Source of the DNA: Nostoc sp. PCC 7120 = FACHB-418
GTDB taxonomy: Bacteria; Cyanobacteriota; Cyanobacteriia; Cyanobacteriales; Nostocaceae
Reading direction: 5' to 3'
DNA length: 32,000 nt
NCBI RefSeq assembly: GCF_000009705.1
Contig: NC_003272.1
Span: 4,440,001-4,472,000 of the forward strand
The position numbers and the translations under genes were made by a program. The number at the start of each line of letters is the position of its first letter. Within the stretch, counting starts at the first letter, position 1. Of the stretch, positions 8,071 to 17,900 are shown one piece after another. Below the pieces are notes generated by a model. The model made no database searches, had not been told where the DNA came from, and saw nothing but the letters and a program-made list of their open reading frames with translations.

Positions 8071-9111
8071 TTAGGTAAAAACTTTGAGAAAGTTCACATC
8101 AGGTAGAATTAGCTGGTTTAAATAATTGTTAATTTCCACAGATGCGGCTAGCCCAGAGAGTGTAGCACCTTCAGCCAGATTGCCACCACACCAATCACCA
8201 CAGCAAACTAAAGGCAGTTTAGATTGAGCTACTAAAACTTGATTGTGCCAAAAAATATGAGGAAAGGCATACCGCCAACGATGTACTTGTAACCACTCTG
8301 GAACATCTAACCAAGGGAGTTCCAGAGTTTGGGCTGCATGGTGTAACATTTGCTGTCCTATGGGTTGTAAATCTGAAGACTCTAAATGAAGTTGGGCGAA
8401 ACTGGCGCTACTTTGTAAAACAAATACTGGTTGTTGGGGTTGGTGACGCTTACTGCTATCTAAACCAATCCACCCCAAAACAGCATCATCGACAAAATTG
8501 AAGGCTTTCCAGTTTGGCAGTGGATGAGATGAAGTAGGATATCCAGCGATCGCACTAATACACGGAGCAAATTCTACAGCACTCAAATTTGTCAAAAATT
8601 CTTGACCCAAAACATCCTCACCCAACGGTGTCAACAACATCGCAGCCTGGGGCGCAGGAATAGCAATAACTAAAGCCTTAGCGGTTAATTCTTCGTTACT
8701 GGATTCTAAAGTTAAACGCCAGGTGTTTTCGGGTGTTAAGTTAATTTCTGTAACACGCTGATTGAGCAAAATATTTAAATTTTGGGCGAGAAATTTAGCG
8801 ATCGCACTCATTCCCGCAGGTGCAATATAACGGGGTACGGTGTTGGGTTGGAGTTCGTAAACTTCATCTGTCCACAGTTCTAAGATATGGCGATCGCACA
8901 ATAACTCTACAAAACGGATGAATAATTCACCCTTAGGCTTTAAATAACAGGCTCCATGATCTGCCCAAGTTCCGTGCAAGCGCCTTGTCGCCAATCGTCC
9001 TCCCAAACCACGGGACTTTTCCACAACCAACACCGAATACCCAGCTTGACTTAACTGCTGGGCGCAAACCAAACCAGCGATACCTGCACCGATAATTACA
9101 ATGTCATTCAT
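8071..9111 (-). CDS. NAD(P)/FAD-dependent oxidoreductase (renalase/amine-oxidase-like)
   Basis: 346 aa. N-terminal dinucleotide-binding fold IVIIGAGIAGLVCAQQLSQAGYSVLVVEKSRGLGGRLATRR, followed by DHGACY, and a C-terminal GDWCGG typical of this flavoprotein group. Confidence 0.85.
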   Translation of the reverse strand: MNDIVIIGAGIAGLVCAQQLSQAGYSVLVVEKSRGLGGRLATRRLHGTWADHGACYLKPKGELFIRFVELLCDRHILELWTDEVYELQPNTVPRYIAPAGMSAIAKFLAQNLNILLNQRVTEINLTPENTWRLTLESSNEELTAKALVIAIPAPQAAMLLTPLGEDVLGQEFLTNLSAVEFAPCISAIAGYPTSSHPLPNWKAFNFVDDAVLGWIGLDSSKRHQPQQPVFVLQSSASFAQLHLESSDLQPIGQQMLHHAAQTLELPWLDVPEWLQVHRWRYAFPHIFWHNQVLVAQSKLPLVCCGDWCGGNLAEGATLSGLAASVEINNYLNQLILPDVNFLKVFT

Positions 9112-9185
9112 ATGTTTAGGGATTGGGAGTAGGAGGAGCCACTTGTGGCGTTAGGGAGAGAGATGCGCGCCTAAATTGCATAACT

Positions 9186-9222
9186 TGTTAACAGTTAACT
9201 GTTGACTGTCAACGGTCAACAG
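9186..9222. repeat. Palindromically arranged STRR heptamers
   Basis: ttgttaacagttaactgttgactgtcaacggtcaacag. The units switch orientation around the centre GTTGAC-T-GTCAAC. The array lies in the divergent spacer between the genes starting at 9111 (-) and 9332 (+). Confidence 0.8.
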
Positions 9223-9331
9223 CCCTCACGATAGATTGTGCAACTCAAAAGCAGAATAGCTTACCAATTTCTGCTGAAAGCTAATAGTAGAATAGGGTAC
9301 AGGAAAGCTGCATGGAAGGGAGGAAGGGAAA

Positions 9332-10174
9332 TTGGATGAACTGAGGGCGGCGCTGGAGTTGGCAACGGATGAAGAATTACAGGATTTAACAGCAATTCTG
9401 TTTAGTCGTAAGTTCAATCCCCTAGATTATGTTCAGACACCTGAACCAATCGAAATTCAAAGCCAAAATAGAGAAGCTTGGCTAGATTCGCTAGAAAATC
9501 GCTTTCGGTTTTTAGCCGCCGATGGAGTGACAGTATTACGGGGACGGACAAACCAAGTAACTTACCGTCAAGCATTAATTCAAGTCTGTAAGTATTTAAA
9601 AATTCCTTACTCTCAAGATTTAACAACAATTGATTTAGAAGCGGAAGTATTTTTACATCTGCTGGGACAAGTTTGGAAAAAATTACCAGAAAAAGAAAAA
9701 CAAAAATTGGCTATGCAGGTACAACGTCAGCTTGTGAAAACAGAGGTAAAAGAACCTTTACCTCTGTTATTGCAAAGCGACCCCTTGGGCTTGCTGTTAA
9801 AAGGTGGTAGTGCTTTAGCTGTCACATCACTGGTTAAACCGTTTGTACTCCAACAAATTGCCCGTCAATTTGCTATTCATTTTGCTACCTATCAAGTGGC
9901 TAAAGATGCTTTAGTTAAAGGTTCTCAAGCAGCGACAACACAGTTTCAAAGCTACGTTACATTGCAAATGGCGCGTCAGGGTATGACTGTGAGTGCAGCC
10001 CGTTATGGGACAGTTCGCAGTCTCTTTGCCTTTGTTGGCCCGGTAATGTGGGCTTGGTTCTTCGCCGATTTAGGCTGGAGAAGCATTGCCACCAACTATG
10101 GTCGGATCATCCCCACTATTTTTGCTTTAGCCCAAATTCGTCTGACCCGTGCTGAATGTTGGGAATTGGCTTGA
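9332..10174 (+). CDS. YaaW-like (UPF0174 family) protein
   Basis: 280 aa. The segment VTYRQALIQVCKYLKIPYSQDLTTIDLEAEVFLHLLGQVWKKLPEKEKQKL parallels, from memory, the E. coli YaaW segment YRAILLDVSKRLKLK...EIEQQLLEQFLRNTWKKMDEEHKQEF. The N-terminus has an acidic LELATDEELQDL motif. The start is TTG, with no in-frame ATG nearby. Confidence 0.6.
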   Translation: MDELRAALELATDEELQDLTAILFSRKFNPLDYVQTPEPIEIQSQNREAWLDSLENRFRFLAADGVTVLRGRTNQVTYRQALIQVCKYLKIPYSQDLTTIDLEAEVFLHLLGQVWKKLPEKEKQKLAMQVQRQLVKTEVKEPLPLLLQSDPLGLLLKGGSALAVTSLVKPFVLQQIARQFAIHFATYQVAKDALVKGSQAATTQFQSYVTLQMARQGMTVSAARYGTVRSLFAFVGPVMWAWFFADLGWRSIATNYGRIIPTIFALAQIRLTRAECWELA

Positions 10175-10177
10175 AGA

Positions 10178-10216
10178 TAGGGAGTGGGAATTGGGGATTG
10201 GGGACTAGGGACTAGG
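10178..10216. repeat. STRR1-type heptamer array (ATTGGGG, the complement of CCCCAAT)
   Basis: tagggag tgggaat tggggat tggggac tagggac tagg, immediately after the stop of the YaaW-like gene. Confidence 0.85.
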
Positions 10217-10302
10217 ATAAAATTTCTTCCCCTAGCTCCCTTGCCTTGTTTACTTCCCTTTCTCTTGTGCTGATTGTGTGATTATTAACCTGGGTTTCTA
10301 GT

Positions 10303-11625
10303 TTGAAGATAGCTTTTTATCATCCCAAACCTGACTGCCAATTTTCTTGGAATTGCTTTCAATTAGGACTATTAATCTTTCCACTCACTCCTTTCGTCGG
10401 ATTTGTGAGCATAATGCTAGCGGTGTTAGTAACCTGGGTACGCCAATACCGCAGTATTATCCGCCGTCCTATCAACTGGGGATTTGGACTGCTGAGTTTT
10501 TTGCTGTTTGTTTCCGCCTGCTTTGCCAATGACAAAACAGCCGCTTTTGTAGGGTTGTTTAATTTACTGCCATTCTTTTTGTTATTTACTGGTTTAGGTT
10601 TCCTGATTCAGACAACTGCTCAATTACGGCACATAGCTTGGATTTTAGTCCTTGGTTCTGTACCAGTCGTGATTATGGGCTTTGGGCAGTTGTTTTTGGG
10701 TTGGAACCTGCAAATACAAGTTTTGTGGATTTTATTAGATTGGACGATCGCCCCTGGAGGAAGTCCACCAGGACGCATGGCTGCTCTTTTTATGCACGCC
10801 AATATTTTTGCAGCTTATTTAGCGATCGCCTTCACGTTAGGTATAGGATTACTCCTAGAACAATGGCAAGCAAGAAGCAGTGGTAGCGGCGAGGAAAATA
10901 CCCAATTCCCAACCCCCATCATTTTCCTAACACTCTCAGTAATTGCTGACTTTGCCGCGTTGATTTTAACTAATTCCCGTAATGGGTGGGCGATCGCTAT
11001 TATTGCTTGTTTAGCTTTTGCACTTTATCAAGGTTGGCGCTTACTAGTCGGTGGCGTTGCTGCTGTAGTCACCACAGTCTTACTGTCAGCTTTTGCACCT
11101 CCCCCTATTGCTCAAGTTTTGCGCCAGATTGTCCCTGCTTTCTTTTGGGCGAGATTAAACGACCAAATGTATCCAGATAGACCACTGGCCTTGATGCGAA
11201 AAACTCAATGGCAATTTGCTTGGTCTTTGACTCAGCAACGTCCTTGGACAGGGTGGGGGCTGCGTAATTTTACAGACCTTTACAAAGCTCAGATGAACAT
11301 TGATTTGGGACATCCCCATAATTTGTTTTTGATGTTCTCGGCTGAAACTGGACTACCTAGTACTTTTTTATTTTTTGGATTGCTTAGTTGGATATTATTT
11401 GCAGGTTCGCAAATTTTATGGAAATCCAACAATATAAATCAGCAAGATAAATTGATATTTTTCAGCTATCTTGTTGTTTTTGGAGAGTGGCTATTATTCA
11501 ATACAGTGGATGTAACTCTCTTTGACTTTAGGCTGAATACTCTCTCTTGGGTAGTGATGGCTGCTATTGCTGGAAATATATATTATTACAATCAACACAA
11601 AAAGTTTGTTAAAGAGGACAATTGA
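10303..11625 (+). CDS. O-antigen ligase family (Wzy_C-type) polytopic membrane protein
   Basis: 440 aa with about 10-12 hydrophobic segments. The central motif LTNSRNGWAIAIIACLAF and the later GWGLRNF...GHPHNLFL are typical of the O-antigen ligase / IctB-like family. The start is TTG and is uncertain. Confidence 0.72.
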   Translation: MKIAFYHPKPDCQFSWNCFQLGLLIFPLTPFVGFVSIMLAVLVTWVRQYRSIIRRPINWGFGLLSFLLFVSACFANDKTAAFVGLFNLLPFFLLFTGLGFLIQTTAQLRHIAWILVLGSVPVVIMGFGQLFLGWNLQIQVLWILLDWTIAPGGSPPGRMAALFMHANIFAAYLAIAFTLGIGLLLEQWQARSSGSGEENTQFPTPIIFLTLSVIADFAALILTNSRNGWAIAIIACLAFALYQGWRLLVGGVAAVVTTVLLSAFAPPPIAQVLRQIVPAFFWARLNDQMYPDRPLALMRKTQWQFAWSLTQQRPWTGWGLRNFTDLYKAQMNIDLGHPHNLFLMFSAETGLPSTFLFFGLLSWILFAGSQILWKSNNINQQDKLIFFSYLVVFGEWLLFNTVDVTLFDFRLNTLSWVVMAAIAGNIYYYNQHKKFVKEDN

Positions 11626-11948
11626 TCTTCAGTTTCCTTGAATACTGATGGTATCTGTGAAAACTGGGAATTACTGATGGAAAAGAAATTGTACGTATTC
11701 TCTATTACCCATTACCTCCCTTGGAGTTGATAACTAGCAACTTACCTTACTAGTAGTAAATGTCATGACAACTTTATTAATAGTAGAAATAAATTTTCAG
11801 TGGTTACACTGCGGCTTTTATAATTAGTAGTGCATAAGATAATTATATTCACGTTTGTGACTGTGAGTGTGGCTAATCACTAACTAGCCACTGTTGCTGA
11901 TTGTTGGGAAGGTGTAGGGATAACTATCAAAAGTTTTCCCTGCATGAC

Positions 11949-11980
11949 GGGCATCTATTTTAGATGCCCTTTTGTATTTT
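11949..11980 (+). terminator. Rho-independent terminator-like hairpin
   Basis: Perfect 9-bp stem GGGCATCTA / TAGATGCCC (11949-11957 and 11961-11969) with a 3-nt loop, followed by TTTTGTATTTTT on the plus strand. It lies in the convergent spacer, just beyond the stop of the minus-strand kinase gene at 11988. Confidence 0.55.
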
Positions 11981-11987
11981 TATATTA

Positions 11988-14900
11988 TCAATATTTATTG
12001 GCGCTTTCTGCTGTTATAGGAAAGATAATCACAAATTCAGTGCCTTGACCTAGTTGAGAATTGACCTCTATTGCTCCGCCATGCTTTTCTACAACAATTT
12101 GACGAGCGATCGCTAGTCCTAATCCTGTACCTTTCTCTACACCTTTGGTCGTAAATAAATGCTCAAATATATGTTGTTTTAACTCTTCACTCATACCGAT
12201 ACCATTATCAGTAATAGAAATTCTGACGTGGTTATTTACTTGGGTGGTACGAATTATAATGCGGTTATTGTTCGCTGTAATTTCTGCATAACTCAAACCA
12301 TTATTTGCGTCTTCTAAAGCATCAATGGCATTTGCTAAGATATTCATAAATACCTGATTTAATTGTCCAGGAAAGCATTCAATGTGGGGTAAATTACCGT
12401 ACTCAGTTATTACCTCAATCGCTGGACGTTTGTCGTTAGCTTTCAATCGATGTTTCAAAATTAAAATGGTACTATCGATACCTTTATGAATGTTAAAAGG
12501 TATTTTGTAATCTTTATCTGCTCGTGAAAAAGTGCGAAGACTAGTGCTGATATTTTTTAGGCGATCGCACGCCATTACCATCGCCTCAATTAACTTGGGT
12601 AAGTCTTCTAAGATGTAATCTAAGTCAATTTGTGCGGCATGATGGAGGATTTTATCTCCGGGATGGGGCAGACTTTCTTGATATAGTTTCAAATGCTCCA
12701 TAATATCAGCAAAAGTGGGTTGAGTATGTTGCAAGCTGACGGCAATAAAGCCCAATGGATTATTCATTTCATGAGCTACCCCTGCAACTAAATTACCCAA
12801 TGCAGACATTTTTTCATTCTGTACTAACTGAAGTTGGGTTTGCTGGAGATGTTGCAGTGTGTGTTCTAGTTGGGTGGCTTGTTTTTGCGTTTGGATTAAT
12901 AAGTCTGTTTGCTTAAGGGCAATACCCATTTGCGCGCCGACTTGCTGGGCAAATTGCATTTCCAATGGTTCCCATTGACGAGGGCGATCGCATTGGTGAA
13001 TACAGAGTAGTCCCCACAGTTCTTCTTCCTGCATAATTGGTACTACCAATGATGCTCTAACATGGAACTGTGCCAAAATTTGCCGATGACAATCTAAAAT
13101 CTCCGATGATTGTACATCGGTTATTGCACAGATGCGTCCCTGTTTATAGAGGTTGGCATAGTTTTCACCAAAGCAGTGATCTTGAACTTTGACTGCTAGA
13201 GCAGAAGGAAACGCAGGTGATACATCTTCGGCGACAAACTCGCCATATTCATAATTTACATCTAGGTGAAACTGATAGATTCCCACCCGATCAACATCGA
13301 GAATACGACGAATATTTTGGGTAACTACGCAGAAAATAGCATTCAAGTCTAAAGACTGGCGCATCTGATTAACAACATTAAACAAGATTTTCTGTTGTTT
13401 GAGGGATTGTTTTAGCTGTTGAGCTTTTGTTTGAGATTCTTGATAAAGACGAGCTTTTTCTAGAGAGACTGCGGCTTGGGCAGATAAGAGGCGGATCACT
13501 TCCAGGCGATCGCTAGTGAAGACTCCCCTTGTTAGTCTATTTTCTAAATAGAGAATCCCCACTAAATGCCCCTGATTCATCATTGGCGTACAAAATACGC
13601 TCTGGGGTTGATGTTGCAACATATATTCCCCAATCAGTCCTGGAATATCTGTTTGTAGATTATCTATGACAACGGTTTGTTGGGTATTTTTGACATAGTA
13701 AATAATGTTTTTGGGGATATCTTCACAAGTTTCTAATGGTTGTGATTCCAGGATAGTTTGGGTAGATTCGGAAGAATTTGGTTGGAAGTTGCTCAAAGTC
13801 ATGGCTTTGATTTGCCAAATATCTTCCTGGGGAAGCAGCAGTGCAGATTTTTTTGCCCCAGAGTTTTCTAAAATAATCTCAGTGAGATTGGTGATGAGTT
13901 CGTCTAATTCTAAGGAAGTGGAAATAACTTGAGCAGCCTTTAAGATAGAGGCAAAATCTAGGGTGTCGGAGATACTAGTACTACCTAATGTGGAACTGAG
14001 GGTAGATGAAGATGTGCCAGGAACAGCTATAGTTTCTTGAAAGTTAAATTTAAACTGTCGTTCTTGCAGAATTGGTTGGAGCAGTTGGGGATAGCGTTTT
14101 TCTAAGTCGTTAGTTTTGGCTTTAGCTTCCCAACGAGCATAGCAATAATAAGCCTCCTGCATATAAACTGCGGCAACTTTTTCTTTTCCCCAATCCAGAT
14201 AAAACTTTGCGGCAAGTTCATTGGCTAGGGCTTCGTCTCGGAGGTATTTATTTTCTTTTGCACCTTTAATTGCCATCTCATAAAATTCCATGGCCTCAGT
14301 TTTCTGTTCAAGCAGACGATGTGTTTCTGCTGCCACCAATTGCCATTTATGTAGGTAATTCATTGGTGCATGGTCTGCCCATTTGTCCAGAATTGCTTGA
14401 TTTTCTCGGACTCGTTGCCATTGACTATCTCGGCCTGCTGGTGATTGGTGAAGTTCAGCCAATGCTGTTAAGGAATCGTAGAAGTAAAAAATTGGTTCGG
14501 CTACACTCCCCATACAACCAGTTAAATACTGTCTAGCTTTTTCTGCATCTTGTTTGGCGCGAGGATCTGCTAGCAGAAAATTCAGCACCAAGCGATACAG
14601 GTAAAACTGGAATAGTCGCCACAAATCGTTAGAAGCTAGTGCTTCAGTCACAATTTTCTCGGCATAGGCATCTTGGCGTAATGAAATCTCATCAGCTGAT
14701 TTTCCTAGTAAAATCAATGCTGATTCCCAATAAACGAAACAATGATTTGCACTTGTCACCAAATTAAAGTCGAGTAACTGCTGATGATAAGTACACATTT
14801 GGGATGCAAATTCGCTCAAAGATTCACCACTCCAGTAAGCGTTCATCCCAAAATTCTGCACGTTGTAGCCAAAAAATTCCAAATTACCCGTTTCTAATCC

Positions 14901-17900
14901 TGCAATACATCCTTCTTGGATAATTGGCAGTGTGTCTTGCAGATGAGATGTGCAGTGATAGAAATATCCTCCCAAAACAATGAAAGTGGCGGCGCGAATG
15001 TTTTTGGCCTCTGGCTCCGAGGCTAGCTGGTAAGCTATTTGTCCCAACTGCTGGGCCAATGCCATGTTTTGCCATGTTGTACTCAGATGAAAGGCATAAC
15101 TCACGTAACCATGAGCAGAAAACAGACTGTTACCAAATTGCAGAGAAAGTTTCACCTGTAAGGGAACAATCAACAGATACAACAGTGAACCTGTCATGTA
15201 ACAAGCAGGGATGAGACTGCTGGAAATTTGCATGATGGCAAGTTTTTCCGGGTCTGTCATCTTCGGCAGATTGATAAATTCCCCCAGGAGGCGATCGCCA
15301 ATTAATCTGTTAATTTCCTCTCTAGCCTGCTGTACATCCTCTGGAGTGGGATGATCAGGCAAGCTGACCCCTAGTTCTTGCAAGAAGGATTTACCTGTGG
15401 CGATCGCCTCTAACAACTCATTGCGGGAGGTAAGAGCTTGGATTTTGACTTGGTAAACTTGCACCCGATCCAAGGGGCATTTGGCATGGTTAACCACCGT
15501 CTCAATCAACTGGTTCATCTGCTCAACATCCCCACACAATAAGGCAATCTCCGCCGCTAATTCATGGATGGTGAGAGTCAATTGATATTGTCGCTGCCAA
15601 GCAGTTTCACCTAAAAGTGTCATGCTTGTGTCGGCGTATTCACGACTGGCTTGATAAGCTGTTGCAGCTCTGGCTTTTTGCGCCGCATTCAGGTTGAGTT
15701 GGGCGAGTTCATCTCGTTCGCTTTGTTGTGTAATCAGTGTAATGCCGTAGTTTAACTGATTGACTATTTCAAAGATATGCTCCTCTCTAGCTGCGGGTGA
15801 GATTTTTTGTAGTAGTAATTGTCCTATGTGGTGATGGGCGATCGCCCGTTCAGCTTCTGGAATCAAACAATAGGCAGCTTGTTGCACCCTGTCATGAAGG
15901 AACTTATATGTAACAATCTCCGTAGTTTGTGCATGATCTATTTCTTGTTCTTGCCCAACAAAAAACTTATAAACTTCACTTTGAGGGATGATCAAACCTT
16001 CTTGTAATGCCTTCCATAAACAAGCCGCCGTTTTCATCGGCGATGATTCCCAAACAATTGCTAAAGTTTCTAAATCAAATTGATTGCCAATACAAGCAGC
16101 TAACTGTAATACTTCTTGAGTTGCTCGCGGCAGTCTTTTTAGTTGAGATGCCATAAAGGCAAGCACATCATCTGTCAAAGCTTGATGGTTAACTTGGGCA
16201 ATATCACACTGCCAACATCCTAAATCGTAGTTAAATTGAATTAGATTATCCTGGTGTAGTGCCTTAAGAAATTGTGTAGTAAAGAAAGGATTACCCTGAG
16301 TTTTTTGGAATACTAATAAAGCCAAGGACTGGGCTGTTTCCTCTGAACATTTAAGGGTTTCCGCTACTAATGTATTCACCTTTAATTGATTTAATGGTGC
16401 TAAATCAATCTTCTTGATAGTGCCATTATTTTTGCCAATTTCATTCACCGTTAACATTAATGGATGTGCTGGATTAACTTCGTTATCCCGATATGCACCA
16501 ATTAAAAGCAAATAACCTGTATCATTCATTAACAACTGAATTAATTTCAACGAACCAGAATCAGCCCATTGCAAATCGTCAAGAAATATTACTAATGGAT
16601 GTTCAGCACTGGTAAAGACTTGAGTGAATTTTTTAAATAATAAATTAAATCTGTTTTGTAAAGACGTACCTGATAGTTTTGGTGCTGCTGGTTGCTTACC
16701 AATAATCAGTTCTAATTCTGGTATAACTTCGATAATTACTTGTCCATTTTTACCTACAGCTTCTAGAATCTTGCTTCGCCATTGCTGAATCTGAGTATCA
16801 CTTTCTGTGAGTAATTGCCCCATTAAATTACGGAAAGCTTGCACAAATGCTGAGAAGGGAATATTCCGTTGAAATTGGTCAAATTTACCCTGAATAAAAT
16901 AGCCACGTTGACGAACAATAGGTTTATGAACTTCGTTGATTACCGCCGTTTTACCAATTCCGGAAAAACCAGCTACCAGCATCAATTCTGTAGCCCCAAG
17001 ACTCACTCTATTAAAGGCTGCTAGTAAGGTTTCTATTTCTGCTTCTCGCCCATATAGTTTGTCAGGAATAATAAAGCGATCGCATACATCCCGACTGCCA
17101 ATTGTAAAGTATTCAACCTTACCAGTTTCTTGTAATTCTGCCAGACATTTTTCTAAATCATATTTCAAACCCAAGGCATTTTGATAACGGTCTTCGGCAT
17201 TTTTTGCCATTAACTTCATCACGATCTCACCAACAACTTGGGGAATGGTTTCTTCATTTGGTAATTTCGTGCTTTCTCCTCCATTGGAGAACCTGTTAGC
17301 GTAGCGTCTCTGACAGGAGAAGGGTATTGTAAATTTATCAGGTTGTTTAGCAATATGACAATGAACCAACTCCATTGGATCATCAGTAGTAAATGGTAAT
17401 TCTCCAGTGAGTAATTCAAAAAGCGAGACACCCAGAGAATAAAAATCACTACGATAGTCAATTCCTCGGTTCATTCTACCAGTCTGTTCTGGTGATAAAT
17501 AGGCAAGAGTTCCTTCTAAAATATTAGGACTAATAATATTTTGGGTTTCTCTAGGTAGTAGAGAGGCGATACTAAAATCGATTAATTTAACCTGTTTAGT
17601 TTCTGGATTAATGAGAATATTTGCAGGTTTAATATCCTTATGAATTATCCTTTGTTGGTAAATATGATGCAGAATATCTGCTAGTTGAATGGTAATAGTC
17701 AAAATTTCAGTTAAGGAAAGCGATTGCTGTTGGGCATAATCTCGTAAAGAAATGCCGCCAAAATCTTCCATCACCATTGCATAACTATTGCGGTATGGTT
17801 CCAAGCTATATAAATTGACAATGCCGGGAATCTTTAAGTTTTTAGCGATCGCATACTGGTTGCGAAACTGTAACAGTTCACTAAAGGTAGGATACTCGCG

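Noticed and set aside
9226-9417. 63-aa minus-strand ORF in the divergent spacer, overlapping the start of the YaaW-like gene.
   Set aside because: It is Ser-rich and low-complexity, overlaps a better-supported gene start, and has no motif.
5320-10216. Heptamer tandem arrays considered as CRISPR-like or minisatellite coding repeats.
   Set aside because: The units are 7 nt with no spacers, which is the known STRR class of heterocystous cyanobacteria and not CRISPR. No cas genes are in the window.
6809-17310. Exact 12-mer GAGACGCTACGC shared between the intergenic region at 6809-6820 and the kinase-gene extra segment (complement of 17299-17310), considered as evidence for a dispersed small repeat.
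   Set aside because: In 32 kb read on both strands, tens of chance 12-mer coincidences are expected (about 10^9 position pairs against 1.7x10^7 possible 12-mers). This match alone carries no weight.
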